Virus record (IMG/VR): IMGVR_UViG_2900261899_000001
Location: 32,001 to 96,000 of that record
Direction: 5' to 3' (one strand)
Length of the DNA: 64,000 nt
DNA from: a virus
Taxonomy: Duplodnaviria; Caudoviricetes
In this document: positions 46,360 through 55,456 of the stretch, one piece after another
Layout of the letters: every line of letters begins with the position of its first letter
Numbering within the stretch: the stretch's first letter is position 1
The notes under the pieces: model-generated
What the model was told of the DNA's origin: nothing
What the model saw: only the letters and a program-made list of their open reading frames with translations
Databases searched by the model: none
Translations under genes and position numbers: made by a program

Positions 46360-48309
46360 TCAGACGGTAAGGGTGACGCGGCCGGGCGAGCCGTTGCCGC
46401 CGGGATAGTTGCCCGACGAACCGTTGCCGCCGACGCCGGGGGCGGTCGACGTGTTGCCGGCCGCGCCGTAGTTGAAATTCGGGGATCCGCCGGCGCCCGG
46501 GGACGCGCCGCCGACGCCGCCGAGATAAGATGGTCCGACGGGGAGGCCGTAGCCGCCGGCATCGCCGTTGTCGTTGATGTCGCCGCCCGACGCGATGCCG
46601 CCTGCCCCGAACTGCGAGTTGTTGGCGCCGGACGTCGAGAAGTACCCACCACCACCGCTCGTCGCTGCGCAGAGGGTCTGCCCGGCGTTGAACGTGGTAC
46701 TGTTGGCATCGACAACCGATCCGCTGGCGACCGTGATCGAGGTGGTGCCCCCGGCCGCTCCGTTCTGCGGGGACGCACCACCGGCACCGCCTGCCCCTCC
46801 AGCGCCAACGACGATCGTCAAAACGGTGTCGACGACCGCTGTGGCCACCTTCTGAGCATTGCCACCGCCGCCGCCGCCGGAACCCGCTGAGGTCGAAGCG
46901 TTGGCGCCGCCGCCGCCTCCGCCTGGACCGCGGCATTCCCGGACCAGGAACGTGCGGTTCGCTGGGATCGAGAGCGAGTAGGAGCCAGGTGTGATGTACT
47001 GCTTCGGCGAGGCGCCCGGGATCTTGAGCGTGTTGATGTAGGTGACGGTCGGACCGTTGCCGGAATTGGTCAGACGAAGCTCGGAGCCGTTGTCGGCGAG
47101 GATGATTTCGGCGTTATCCAGCCAGTCGCCGACCTGGATTGGCGTGCCGTCGAACCGCTTCACGGGGCGCGTGCCGAGGCCGTCGAGATTGGCCGTTGTG
47201 CCGCCGTTCGCCGAAGCCAGGGCCGTCGTGATCGTGTAGAGCGCCCCCTGCTCGTAGGCGGTGATGTTCGGGGCGACGTCGACGACGAGGTTGGTGGCCG
47301 TGGCGGCCCCGCCAGTCGCGACGACGCCGGTGTGGACCAGCTGCAGCGAGGGGACTGTCTGCGCGAGCTCGGATCGCGCCGCGGTCCGGAAGCGCCAGGC
47401 GCCGCTCTTGAAGACGACCTCGATGATCTCGCCCGAGATGTCGCCGGCCTTGAGCGCCGCGCCACCACGGGTGACGACGGCCGCGGCCGCATTCCCGTTC
47501 AGCGCCAGCGTCACGGCGCCCGTGTTCGTGTTCGGGCAGAACAGGCGCACCGCGAGGCCGTCGATCAGCGCGGCCGGGGCCGGGCTGACCGAGGCGGTGA
47601 GGTCGTTGGTGCCCGTGGCGACACCGTAGACCCACTTGCCCGACTGAACGGCGGTCGGCAGGCCCGGCAGCTTCGTCGGGATGAAGGGCGCCGACGCGTG
47701 CTGGACGATGTTGCCGGCCGTGATCGTGGTCTGACCGGCGTTCAGCGTGACGATGAACAGCGGTGCCCAGCCCGCATCGGGGGAGGGCGGCTGCTGGGTG
47801 CCGGCGGTCGCGGCGATACCGGCCTTCACCTGGACGGCAGCGGCGCCGCGGCGGGCGGTGTTCTGCGCGGTGCCGGCATTGCCCGGACCGGCGAAGGGCT
47901 GCGCCGGGTTGGCGGCGTTGTAGTACGGCAGCACCTTCGCGCCGTCATCGACGTCCTGGTACTGGACCTCGACGAGGAAGGCCTGCGAGTAGCCCGCCGT
48001 GCTCGGGGGCGCGAAGGTGAGCGCAGTGGCGTCGAGCGCCTTGCCGATCTTCACGATCGAACGGCTGTCGGCCGCAATCGAGCCGAAGGTCGTCGCGTCG
48101 ATATTCGCGGTCTGGAAGACGACGCCCGGCGACAGCGTCGCGATCAGCGAGGCCGGTGCAGTCGGGCTCAGCGAGAAGCCGTCGACGACGATGCCGGTCC
48201 CGAGAAAGGCCTGCGCGAGCAGGCCGTCGGATACCATGGCATTCTTGGCGAGCGTCAGGATGTCGGTGTCGCGCGGAAGCGCACCGGCGTAGACCAAGGG
48301 CCTATCCAT
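46360..48309 (-). CDS. Baseplate-attached tail fibre with Gly-rich C-terminus
   Basis: MDRPLVY..., LPYYNAANP, NTGAVTL, GPGGGGGG. Confidence 0.85.
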   Translation of the reverse strand: MDRPLVYAGALPRDTDILTLAKNAMVSDGLLAQAFLGTGIVVDGFSLSPTAPASLIATLSPGVVFQTANIDATTFGSIAADSRSIVKIGKALDATALTFAPPSTAGYSQAFLVEVQYQDVDDGAKVLPYYNAANPAQPFAGPGNAGTAQNTARRGAAAVQVKAGIAATAGTQQPPSPDAGWAPLFIVTLNAGQTTITAGNIVQHASAPFIPTKLPGLPTAVQSGKWVYGVATGTNDLTASVSPAPAALIDGLAVRLFCPNTNTGAVTLALNGNAAAAVVTRGGAALKAGDISGEIIEVVFKSGAWRFRTAARSELAQTVPSLQLVHTGVVATGGAATATNLVVDVAPNITAYEQGALYTITTALASANGGTTANLDGLGTRPVKRFDGTPIQVGDWLDNAEIILADNGSELRLTNSGNGPTVTYINTLKIPGASPKQYITPGSYSLSIPANRTFLVRECRGPGGGGGGANASTSAGSGGGGGGNAQKVATAVVDTVLTIVVGAGGAGGAGGASPQNGAAGGTTSITVASGSVVDANSTTFNAGQTLCAATSGGGGYFSTSGANNSQFGAGGIASGGDINDNGDAGGYGLPVGPSYLGGVGGASPGAGGSPNFNYGAAGNTSTAPGVGGNGSSGNYPGGNGSPGRVTLTV

Positions 48310-48383
48310 CGCGGGACTTTCGGTCGGAGGATGTTCGGGATGCGCTGGGGCCGACCGTCAGCGGTCGGGCGAGCGGCGGCGCG

Positions 48384-49154
48384 CTAGGATTGGATCGCGG
48401 TCCAGCCGATCGTGCCGGCCGCGACAGTCGCGGCAATGGTCGCGTAGATCTCGGCGTCCGTGACCTGCGCCTCGGACTGGCTGAGATCCGCGTAGGCGAT
48501 CACGCCGACGCCGTAGCCGCCGCCCGGGCTGCCGTATCCGGAGAGCTCCGGGATGCCGGCCGTTGCCGGGCGGAAGGCGGTGATGAAGGTCTGGTAGGGG
48601 TAGGCGAGCGAGCCCCAGGCGCCGGCACCGCCCGACACCATCTGGCTCGGTGCGGGGACGACGTAGGCGAAGGTGCCGATCCCATAGGCGCTCGGGTTGT
48701 CACCGTAGCCTGAGACTGGCTGCTCGCCGGTCCCGCTGCCCGCATAGGCGATGGCGCCGATGCCGTAGCCACCGCAGTCGCCCGGATTCCAGAGTTCCTG
48801 CAGGACCGGTTCGCGGCCCGTCAGATCGACGAGCGCCCGCCGGATCGCCTCGCGCGTCGCGCGCGGCCGCAGCAGTTCGCGCAGGATGCGGGGACGAAAG
48901 GCGTCGTCGGTCTCGGCCGCACGGCGCAGGAAGCGCAGGCCGAAGAAGTCGAAGGCGATGAGGTCGAGCCAGCCGCCGGTGGCCGTGGCGATCCGCGTCT
49001 GCGCCTTGGCGTATGCGATCAGGCCATGGACGAAGGCCAGGAGCGCCGCGATGCCGCCGAGCAGACCGTCGAGGATCGGGGCCTCGTCCGGAAACCAGGG
49101 CGGCAGGAGCGTGCGCAGGCGCGCCAGCATGTCGTCCGCATCGCCAACGGCCAT
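48384..49154 (-). CDS. Baseplate wedge protein (gpI-like)
   Basis: QTRIATATGGWLD, ETDDAFR.RI. Confidence 0.8.
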   Translation of the reverse strand: MAVGDADDMLARLRTLLPPWFPDEAPILDGLLGGIAALLAFVHGLIAYAKAQTRIATATGGWLDLIAFDFFGLRFLRRAAETDDAFRPRILRELLRPRATREAIRRALVDLTGREPVLQELWNPGDCGGYGIGAIAYAGSGTGEQPVSGYGDNPSAYGIGTFAYVVPAPSQMVSGGAGAWGSLAYPYQTFITAFRPATAGIPELSGYGSPGGGYGVGVIAYADLSQSEAQVTDAEIYATIAATVAAGTIGWTAIQS

Positions 49155-49158
49155 GGTC

Positions 49159-50286
49159 TTATCCGATGACGATGGTGGGCGCCTTGATCGTGACCTGGGG
49201 GGAGGGGGCGATGTCCTCCTTGGCCCCGTTGACGGTCAGGCCGGTGACGTTCTTCACGCCGGGGGAGGCGTCGTAGGCGACCTGGACCAGCCGGGTGTAG
49301 GTCAGGCCGGCGCCGAGCCCGAGGCCGTTCACGAACGTGCTGATCGCTTTCGAGACCGCGGCCTCGACGTCGGCGAGCAGGTACCCGAACGCGGCCTCGA
49401 CATGCATCTCGATGCGGACGTTGCGCACCGTCGGCGGGAACACCGCGTAGATGATGCCCGACGCTCGCACGGCGTAGATCGCCGTGGTGACGTCGGCGAG
49501 GAGGTCGTCGCCCGGTGCGCCGGTGCCGTCGTCGACGACGACGTAGATGAAGCCGGGGTTCGGGCTGCCGTCGCGACTCTCGTTCTCGACGATCTGATAC
49601 TGGATCCCGAGTTCGAGGCTCGACACCGCGAAGGCGATGGCGGGGTTTGTGGCCTTGGCCAGGGAGGCGAAGAACAGCGTCTTGCGCACCCGCAGCGCCT
49701 CGTCGGTCTCGGCGTCGGAGCCGTTCGCGAAGGCGACGAGGTTGATCACGGTGTCGATGCCGGGCGTGGCCGACGTGATCACCGTGATGGTGTTCTTGAG
49801 GACGTTGCTCGCCGCCGACGGGATGTCGGCCTTCACCGGTACTGCGGCCTGCGCGACGCCGATCGGCACCACGTAGCCGTTCCGGGCTAGACTGAAGGAC
49901 GGCACCGTGCTGTCGGCGACGACCGTGAAGGTCTGCGAGCCATCCTCGGTCTGAACGGTGGCGCCGACCGGGATCAACGCTTCGACGGTCGCTGTGAACC
50001 GCGAAAACACGACCGAGCCGCTCGACGGCGCCGCGCCGAGACGCGTCAGGCCGAAATCGTTGACCCAGGAATCGAGATCGGCGCCGCTTGAGGTCGCGGC
50101 GCGGGTCAGGGTCAGGACGTAGACAATCAGGCTTTCGAGCCAGAGCGTCAGGTCCGCGGTGGCCTCGGCCACGGCGCGCAGGACGGCGCCGACCGAGAAG
50201 TCGACGAGCGCAGTCGCGCGGCCCTGTACGCCCGCCGCGAAGTTCTCCACCAGCGTGACGAAGTTGCGGATCGGAATCGCCGCCAT
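49159..50286 (-). CDS. Baseplate J / gp47 family
   Basis: GADLD, IPVGATVQT, NGSDAETDEALR. Confidence 0.92.
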   Translation of the reverse strand: MAAIPIRNFVTLVENFAAGVQGRATALVDFSVGAVLRAVAEATADLTLWLESLIVYVLTLTRAATSSGADLDSWVNDFGLTRLGAAPSSGSVVFSRFTATVEALIPVGATVQTEDGSQTFTVVADSTVPSFSLARNGYVVPIGVAQAAVPVKADIPSAASNVLKNTITVITSATPGIDTVINLVAFANGSDAETDEALRVRKTLFFASLAKATNPAIAFAVSSLELGIQYQIVENESRDGSPNPGFIYVVVDDGTGAPGDDLLADVTTAIYAVRASGIIYAVFPPTVRNVRIEMHVEAAFGYLLADVEAAVSKAISTFVNGLGLGAGLTYTRLVQVAYDASPGVKNVTGLTVNGAKEDIAPSPQVTIKAPTIVIG

Positions 50287-50648
50287 CACGGTACCTCGAA
50301 GGACAGCGTCTGCTGCCGGCCGGTGGCGGCGTCGGCGTAGATGATCCGGACGTGGACGCCGTTCAGGATCGGCGTCACCACGATGACGGGGTCGGGGTCG
50401 CGGGCAACGGAGGCCTCGCGAAAGATTTGCGACCGGATCAGTGCTGACAGCTCATCGGCGTCGATCAGGCCACCGACGCGAAGCTGAACGCCGGCGCCGT
50501 ATCCGAGGTTCTGGATGTACGTCCCGGCCACCGTCAGCAGGCGGCGCAGGACGCGCTGGACGCCGCGCTGGGTGCCGTCGACGAGCAGCAGGTCGCCGGT
50601 CGGCCCGACGGAGAGGTCGGAGCCGATCATCAGGCTGAGATCAGGCAT
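50286..50648 (-). CDS. Baseplate gp46/gpW-like protein
   Basis: GDLLLVDG..QRVLRRLLT, YGAG. Confidence 0.8.
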   Translation of the reverse strand: MPDLSLMIGSDLSVGPTGDLLLVDGTQRGVQRVLRRLLTVAGTYIQNLGYGAGVQLRVGGLIDADELSALIRSQIFREASVARDPDPVIVVTPILNGVHVRIIYADAATGRQQTLSFEVP

Positions 50649-50675
50649 AGGTCCGACCGGGTCGTGGGAAGCGGC

Positions 50676-51284
50676 TTAAGCGGTCAGGACGCCCCGGCCG
50701 CCGGAGGTGACGCCGCCGGCACCGGCGATGGTCTCGGAGGCGGTCACGGAGCCGTCCACGGTCACCGGCCCCTTGATATTGATCCCCTTGCCCTTGAAGC
50801 TCTGCGAGCCGGCGCCGGAATCGACGGTGATGTTCTTGCCCTTGGTGTCGACGCTGACGTGGCCGTCCTTGTCGAACTTGAAGGAACCGCCGTCCTTGTG
50901 GGTGACGGTGATGCCGCCATCCTTATCGAAGAGCATCGAGCCCTTGGTGCCGTGCATCAGCAGCATCTCGCCGGCCTTCACCTTCGGCGGCTTTTGCTTG
51001 TCAGAATAGATTCGGGAAATGATGACGGGGGTGTTGTGATCGCCCTCGATGTGGGCGACGACAAATTGGTCGCCGATGTTGGGCCCTATGGCGATACCAA
51101 AACCATTCCCGATATGTGCAGATCCCAGCGGTACCCAGCCGCTCGAATTGCCTTCCGGCATATACTTCAAAACAACCGAATGGCTGTCCTCGTTGTACGA
51201 GGTCACTTCGGCGATGCGTATCGGGGCTCGCGAGGCGTCCGCGTAGGACGACTCACGACGGATCAGGTTCGAGAGATCCGACAT
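50676..51284 (-). CDS. Baseplate spike (gpV/gp45)
   Basis: SGWVPL, P.IGDQ, beta-helical C-terminus. Confidence 0.88.
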   Translation of the reverse strand: MSDLSNLIRRESSYADASRAPIRIAEVTSYNEDSHSVVLKYMPEGNSSGWVPLGSAHIGNGFGIAIGPNIGDQFVVAHIEGDHNTPVIISRIYSDKQKPPKVKAGEMLLMHGTKGSMLFDKDGGITVTHKDGGSFKFDKDGHVSVDTKGKNITVDSGAGSQSFKGKGINIKGPVTVDGSVTASETIAGAGGVTSGGRGVLTA

Positions 51285-52342
51285 CAGGACATCTTCCGGT
51301 CTTTGGACGCCGCCTTCGCCGTGATCGGGCAGCGGTAGCCCTCGTCATCGTTGATCCGGTGCTCGACGCTCTCGATGTCGTAGCGCTGGTCGAACGAGCA
51401 CCCGGTACCGGACAGGTCGAGCTTCATCCGGGCGGTGATGCCGGGATCACCGGGCACGTTGAGGCTGATCTGGCGCTCCTGCTTGGTGGCGCGCTTCAGA
51501 CGCTTTTCTGCGATTCGATCCGCGCGATTCTGTTTCAGGCCCGGCGCCCGGTATTCGTAGGTGATGCCGTCGCCGTCCTTGCCGACGCCGGTGGCCGCTG
51601 CGAGGGTCTTCTTCGCCTCGATGCTCTTGCCGGTGCGGTGGTCGTGCGACTTGACCTTCACCGTCGCCTTCTGCGCGAGGTCGAGGTTGCGCTGGCCTGA
51701 CAGGGTGATGAAGTCGCCGCGCGCGAAGCTCTCCGGCGTCGGCTCTTCGTAGACCACCTGCAGGATCGGCAGATCGTCTTCGCTGTCGGAGCGCAGATGC
51801 AGGGTGTCGCCCTTGACGAAGGGCACTAGGCCCTCGGCTTCGGCGAGGTAGTTGATCACGTCCCAGTCGGTGTAACCGTTCGTGGTGTGGACGTGGTCGA
51901 TGTCGTACTGCCGGCCGGCCTTCAGCGTATCGCTGTCGACATCGAGCTTCAGCCCGGACCGCTTTGCAATCTCGGAGGCGATGTCGCCGGATTTCTTGTT
52001 TTTGAAGCTCTCGTTCGACTTCTTGTCGATGAGCTTTTTCGTCTTGTCGTGGCCGTTGACGTCGATCCGGCGCTCCAGCCACTTCGGGGCGACGGCGGTG
52101 ACCGTGCCTTCGAAGATCGGTGCGCTGAAATCGGCACCGTCGATGCCGACGACGACCTTGATCTCGATTTCGGGCGTGTCGCACCAGTAGGCGGTGTCTC
52201 GGCCCGGTGGCAGTCCGGACATCGCCAGCGTGGCGTGGAAGGTATCGGACTTTGCCTCGCGGCCGAGATGCACCTCGATCGAGATGCACTCGACGGGAAC
52301 GCCCCCGGCGAGGATGTAGCCCCGCGGGCGCCGGTCGGACAT
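51284..52342 (-). CDS. Baseplate hub (gpD-like)
   Basis: IFEGTV, TDWDVINYLA, PGDPG. Confidence 0.85.
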   Translation of the reverse strand: MSDRRPRGYILAGGVPVECISIEVHLGREAKSDTFHATLAMSGLPPGRDTAYWCDTPEIEIKVVVGIDGADFSAPIFEGTVTAVAPKWLERRIDVNGHDKTKKLIDKKSNESFKNKKSGDIASEIAKRSGLKLDVDSDTLKAGRQYDIDHVHTTNGYTDWDVINYLAEAEGLVPFVKGDTLHLRSDSEDDLPILQVVYEEPTPESFARGDFITLSGQRNLDLAQKATVKVKSHDHRTGKSIEAKKTLAAATGVGKDGDGITYEYRAPGLKQNRADRIAEKRLKRATKQERQISLNVPGDPGITARMKLDLSGTGCSFDQRYDIESVEHRINDDEGYRCPITAKAASKDRKMS

Positions 52343-52346
52343 CGGT

Positions 52347-52562
52347 TCAGGCCCCGATCACGCCACTGGTCGTCTGGCCCTTCGGGGGCCGATCCGGCAG
52401 CACCAGCGTGACGACGCCGGTGAGGAAGGGGTCGCGCAGGCCGTTGAGGCGCGCGATGCGGGCCCAGAGGGTGTGGTCGCCGAGTTCGCGGGCGGCGATC
52501 TCGTACAGGTTGCCGCCGGAGACCGTGACGACACGGGCGTTGCGGCCGACCTGGATCTGCAC
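52347..52562 (-). CDS. LysM / tail X-like protein
   Basis: LYEIAARELGD..LWARIARLNGLRDP. Confidence 0.8.
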   Translation of the reverse strand: MQIQVGRNARVVTVSGGNLYEIAARELGDHTLWARIARLNGLRDPFLTGVVTLVLPDRPPKGQTTSGVIGA

Positions 52563-52566
52563 CGGG

Positions 52567-53325
52567 CTACCCGATCAAGGAGAGGTTCGCGGAGAGTCGA
52601 CCGACGCCGCCGCGCAGCGTGGTCAGGTTCGATTGAGCCTGGATCGCCGCGAGTGCGCCCGTGACGGAGGCCGCGAAGCCCGGCGCCAGGAGCGCGTTCG
52701 GGTCCGGCGCCGCTGCTGCGGTGATCGCGGCATCCCCGGCGGCGATCGCGGTGTCGAGCGTGGCGACAGCGACCGAGGCCGTGTCTTGCAGCGGCCCGAC
52801 CCGCGACAGCGGGATGTCGGCCAGACTGCCGACTGCGTTAACTGCCGAGAACAGGCCCGACATCGCATCGCCGACGAGGCCGCCGGCCAGGGCGGCCAAC
52901 GGAAGGGCCGAAGCGATGTCGGCGCCGATCAGGGAGCCGATGCTCGATCCGATGTCCTCAGCCGCCGAACCGCCGTCGTCGACGACGTAGCAGGTAATCC
53001 GATAAGGAAGATCGAATTCGCGCTGATAGTCGGCCTCGAACTCCTCGACGATGACCGTGAAGTAGAGGCCGCCCCACGACAGCGGGACCTGGGAGCCGCG
53101 CTTCGCCATCGCGTTGATGGCGAGCGCCCGGGCCTTGGCGTCTGCACCGCGGAACCGGCCCTCCCACTTCGCGTCGCAGAACTCGAAGCCCATCGCGTCG
53201 GGGACGCGCTTGCCCCCGATGAGGACGTTCTTGGCGATCCGCTGCTTGCCGCCGAACGGGATCTTCGACGGGACCTCATGGCCGCGCAGCGTGATGCCGC
53301 CGATCGAAACGGTGGAACTGGCCAT
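52567..53325 (-). CDS. Tail tube initiator-like protein
   Basis: EVPSKIPFGGKQ, W.GRF.G, LSWGG; downstream of tape measure. Confidence 0.75.
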   Translation of the reverse strand: MASSTVSIGGITLRGHEVPSKIPFGGKQRIAKNVLIGGKRVPDAMGFEFCDAKWEGRFRGADAKARALAINAMAKRGSQVPLSWGGLYFTVIVEEFEADYQREFDLPYRITCYVVDDGGSAAEDIGSSIGSLIGADIASALPLAALAGGLVGDAMSGLFSAVNAVGSLADIPLSRVGPLQDTASVAVATLDTAIAAGDAAITAAAAPDPNALLAPGFAASVTGALAAIQAQSNLTTLRGGVGRLSANLSLIG

Positions 53326-53520
53326 GGCCCCTCCCGAGGCGAGGGGTGGACGCAGAAACGGCAACGGCCCCGGCAGAAATCTGCGCGGGGCCGTTCGTAG
53401 GGTCCCTTATACGTCAAGGAACTCTTGGCGACTAGACGGAGGCGCAGCCATAACAGGCCACCGGCGCGCACATTGTAATAGCGCACGTGGTGCGCTATTT
53501 TAGGGATGGGAGGCGGGAAT

Positions 53521-53754
53521 GTGCCGACGTTAAAGCGCTTCGACCAATTCAAGATTTGCGTCTTCGCTGACGATCATCCGCCGCCGCATTTCCATGTGAT
53601 CGGGCGCGGGTTTAAGGCAACGATCTTGTTCGAGACGCTATCGCTTGATGTCGGAGAATGCCCCCGGAAGGTGTTCGCGGAGGCGGTGACTTGGGCCGCC
53701 GTGAATCGCGAAGCCCTCGAAGAAGCTTGGAGGAACCTCAATGAGCGATCGTGA
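53521..53754 (+). CDS. DUF4160 family (putative toxin)
   Basis: DHPPPHFHV. Confidence 0.85.
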   Translation: MPTLKRFDQFKICVFADDHPPPHFHVIGRGFKATILFETLSLDVGECPRKVFAEAVTWAAVNREALEEAWRNLNERS

Positions 53755-54496
53755 CATGATCCGCGCCGGGGATCCTATTCCGTCGATCGGGGCCGTAGAG
53801 GTTGGCAACGGTCCTTACGACGTCCTTATCACCTGGGCCGATGGTCATCGAGCCGGCCAGCAAATCCTCATCGACCTCGCCCCAGTGATCCTGACCTACA
53901 AGGTCTTCATTCCGTTGCGCGATGACCGCCGTCTTTTCGCAACCGTGCGCGTGGCCGAGTACGGCGAGGCCATCGAGTGGGGTGATAACGATGATCTGGC
54001 GGTCGCTGGGACGACGTTGGAGCGCCTTGCCAACGAAACGATGACCAATGTCGATTTTGCAGCATTTCTGAAGCGCAACAGGCTCACACTAGATGCCGCA
54101 GCTGGGCAGCTCGGGATCGGTCGTCGTCAGGTGTCATACTACGCCAAAGGGCGGGAGATTCCGAGATATATCTCCCTCGCTTGTAAATATATCGAAGAGC
54201 GCAAAGCAGTAGATGATATAAATAATTATTTATCTGCCGGCAACACGCTTACTAAGATAGGATTGCACAACTGTGTTATAACTGACGGGAATAACAACTT
54301 CGATTGCGTGGCTCAAGCTACCGCGGCCTGGGACAGTAATGTCGTGATTATCAAAGATGGGGGGGTGATAGAAGGCTATTATGTACCACCGGGTGAGAAA
54401 CCTGAAGTGATAGTTAAAGGCGGTACGATTAAGGTAGGTTCGGGAAATGTAACTGGCACAAGGCGTGCTAAATTAAATCTTGATAAAATTAGATAA
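53741..54496 (+). CDS. DUF2442 + HTH antitoxin with low-GC C-terminal extension
   Basis: PLRDD..FATVRV..G.AIEW; AAGQLGIGRRQVSYYAKG.EIPR. Confidence 0.8.
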   Translation: MSDRDMIRAGDPIPSIGAVEVGNGPYDVLITWADGHRAGQQILIDLAPVILTYKVFIPLRDDRRLFATVRVAEYGEAIEWGDNDDLAVAGTTLERLANETMTNVDFAAFLKRNRLTLDAAAGQLGIGRRQVSYYAKGREIPRYISLACKYIEERKAVDDINNYLSAGNTLTKIGLHNCVITDGNNNFDCVAQATAAWDSNVVIIKDGGVIEGYYVPPGEKPEVIVKGGTIKVGSGNVTGTRRAKLNLDKIR

Positions 54497-54631
54497 TAGC
54501 CATGACCGACCGATCTCTCACCGCCGGGCACCGCGATGATATTCTTCTACGCACCTTAGACGGCGATTAGAAAAGACTGAGACATTACCCATTTGGGGTA
54601 GGATGATATACTAGATTAGGATACCTCAATC

Positions 54632-54937
54632 GTGCAGCTTACAATTGAAGTGGGCGAACTTAAGGTTCTGGCGAGCGGTGTACTGCTTGTCGATTCCGGT
54701 CGAGATGTAAAGTTTACAATTGAAGGAAATGTGTTTGAGCTTATGATTGATAAAGATGGGCCGCCATATGAAAAGGTTGGCACAAATCATATTCGAGCCT
54801 ACTTTAACACTGATAAAATGGTCAGTACTAGTTCAATGATCGGCGATTATAATGGTAGGCCGTTAATGATCTCAATCCGTGTTCAGCAGCAAGGTACCCA
54901 CATTAGGCAGGTTTTTTATACACTGGGTCATCATTAA
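54632..54937 (+). CDS. Low-GC beta-rich hypothetical protein
   Basis: 101-aa ORF; TAATG coupling to next gene. Confidence 0.6.
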   Translation: MQLTIEVGELKVLASGVLLVDSGRDVKFTIEGNVFELMIDKDGPPYEKVGTNHIRAYFNTDKMVSTSSMIGDYNGRPLMISIRVQQQGTHIRQVFYTLGHH

Positions 54938-55239
54938 TGGCTGTCCGTCTAGATCTTCCGCCTGACAAAACTTTGGCAACCCGTGTAATTGAAACGGAAG
55001 CCGAGCACAATACGCGAAAACTTGAGCGCGGTTTAATGGGTTTGATCTTTGGTCTCGCCACCGAAAAACCCGGAAATATCGCTGGCTTTGCGCTGATAGC
55101 TTTCTGCCTCATGTTTGCGGGGGTTTTGATTTGGGGCACCGATAGCAGCAGTCTATCAAAGAAAGACGTACTTTCGCTTATAGGTGGTTTTATCACCTTA
55201 ACGCTCGGCTTCGTATTTGGTCGAACATCATCGTCTTAG
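54937..55239 (+). CDS. Low-GC small membrane protein
   Basis: Two TM segments; LGFVFG end. Confidence 0.65.
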   Translation: MAVRLDLPPDKTLATRVIETEAEHNTRKLERGLMGLIFGLATEKPGNIAGFALIAFCLMFAGVLIWGTDSSSLSKKDVLSLIGGFITLTLGFVFGRTSSS

Positions 55240-55276
55240 ATGTGTGGTGCAACGAAGTCATGGACATGAAGAAAAT

Positions 55277-55371
55277 GGAAAAGGCCGGCGCGAGCCAGCC
55301 CTTTCACCCTTGCCTCGCCTCAACAAACCCCGCCCCGCGGTACCCCGCCTTGGCCGGCCGTGCCTTAGCTA
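55277..55371 (-). ncRNA. GGY-NN pentamer array B (putative guide RNA)
   Basis: Minus strand: TAGC-TAA, 11 pentamers at 55364-55310 (8 GGY), then GGGTGAAAG-GGCTGGC-TCGC-GCCGGCC-TTTTCC. Confidence 0.78.
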
Positions 55372-55456
55372 GATCTCGAGCCTAGGATCGGTCCAGCGGC
55401 TGGGCAAGACAGAGGGTGTGTTTGTCCCTCCCGGTGTACGAGAGGGACGGCCGCCG

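Noticed and set aside
37956-48309. Diversity-generating retroelement or invertible fibre cassette
   Set aside because: No reverse transcriptase, invertase or TR/VR pair seen
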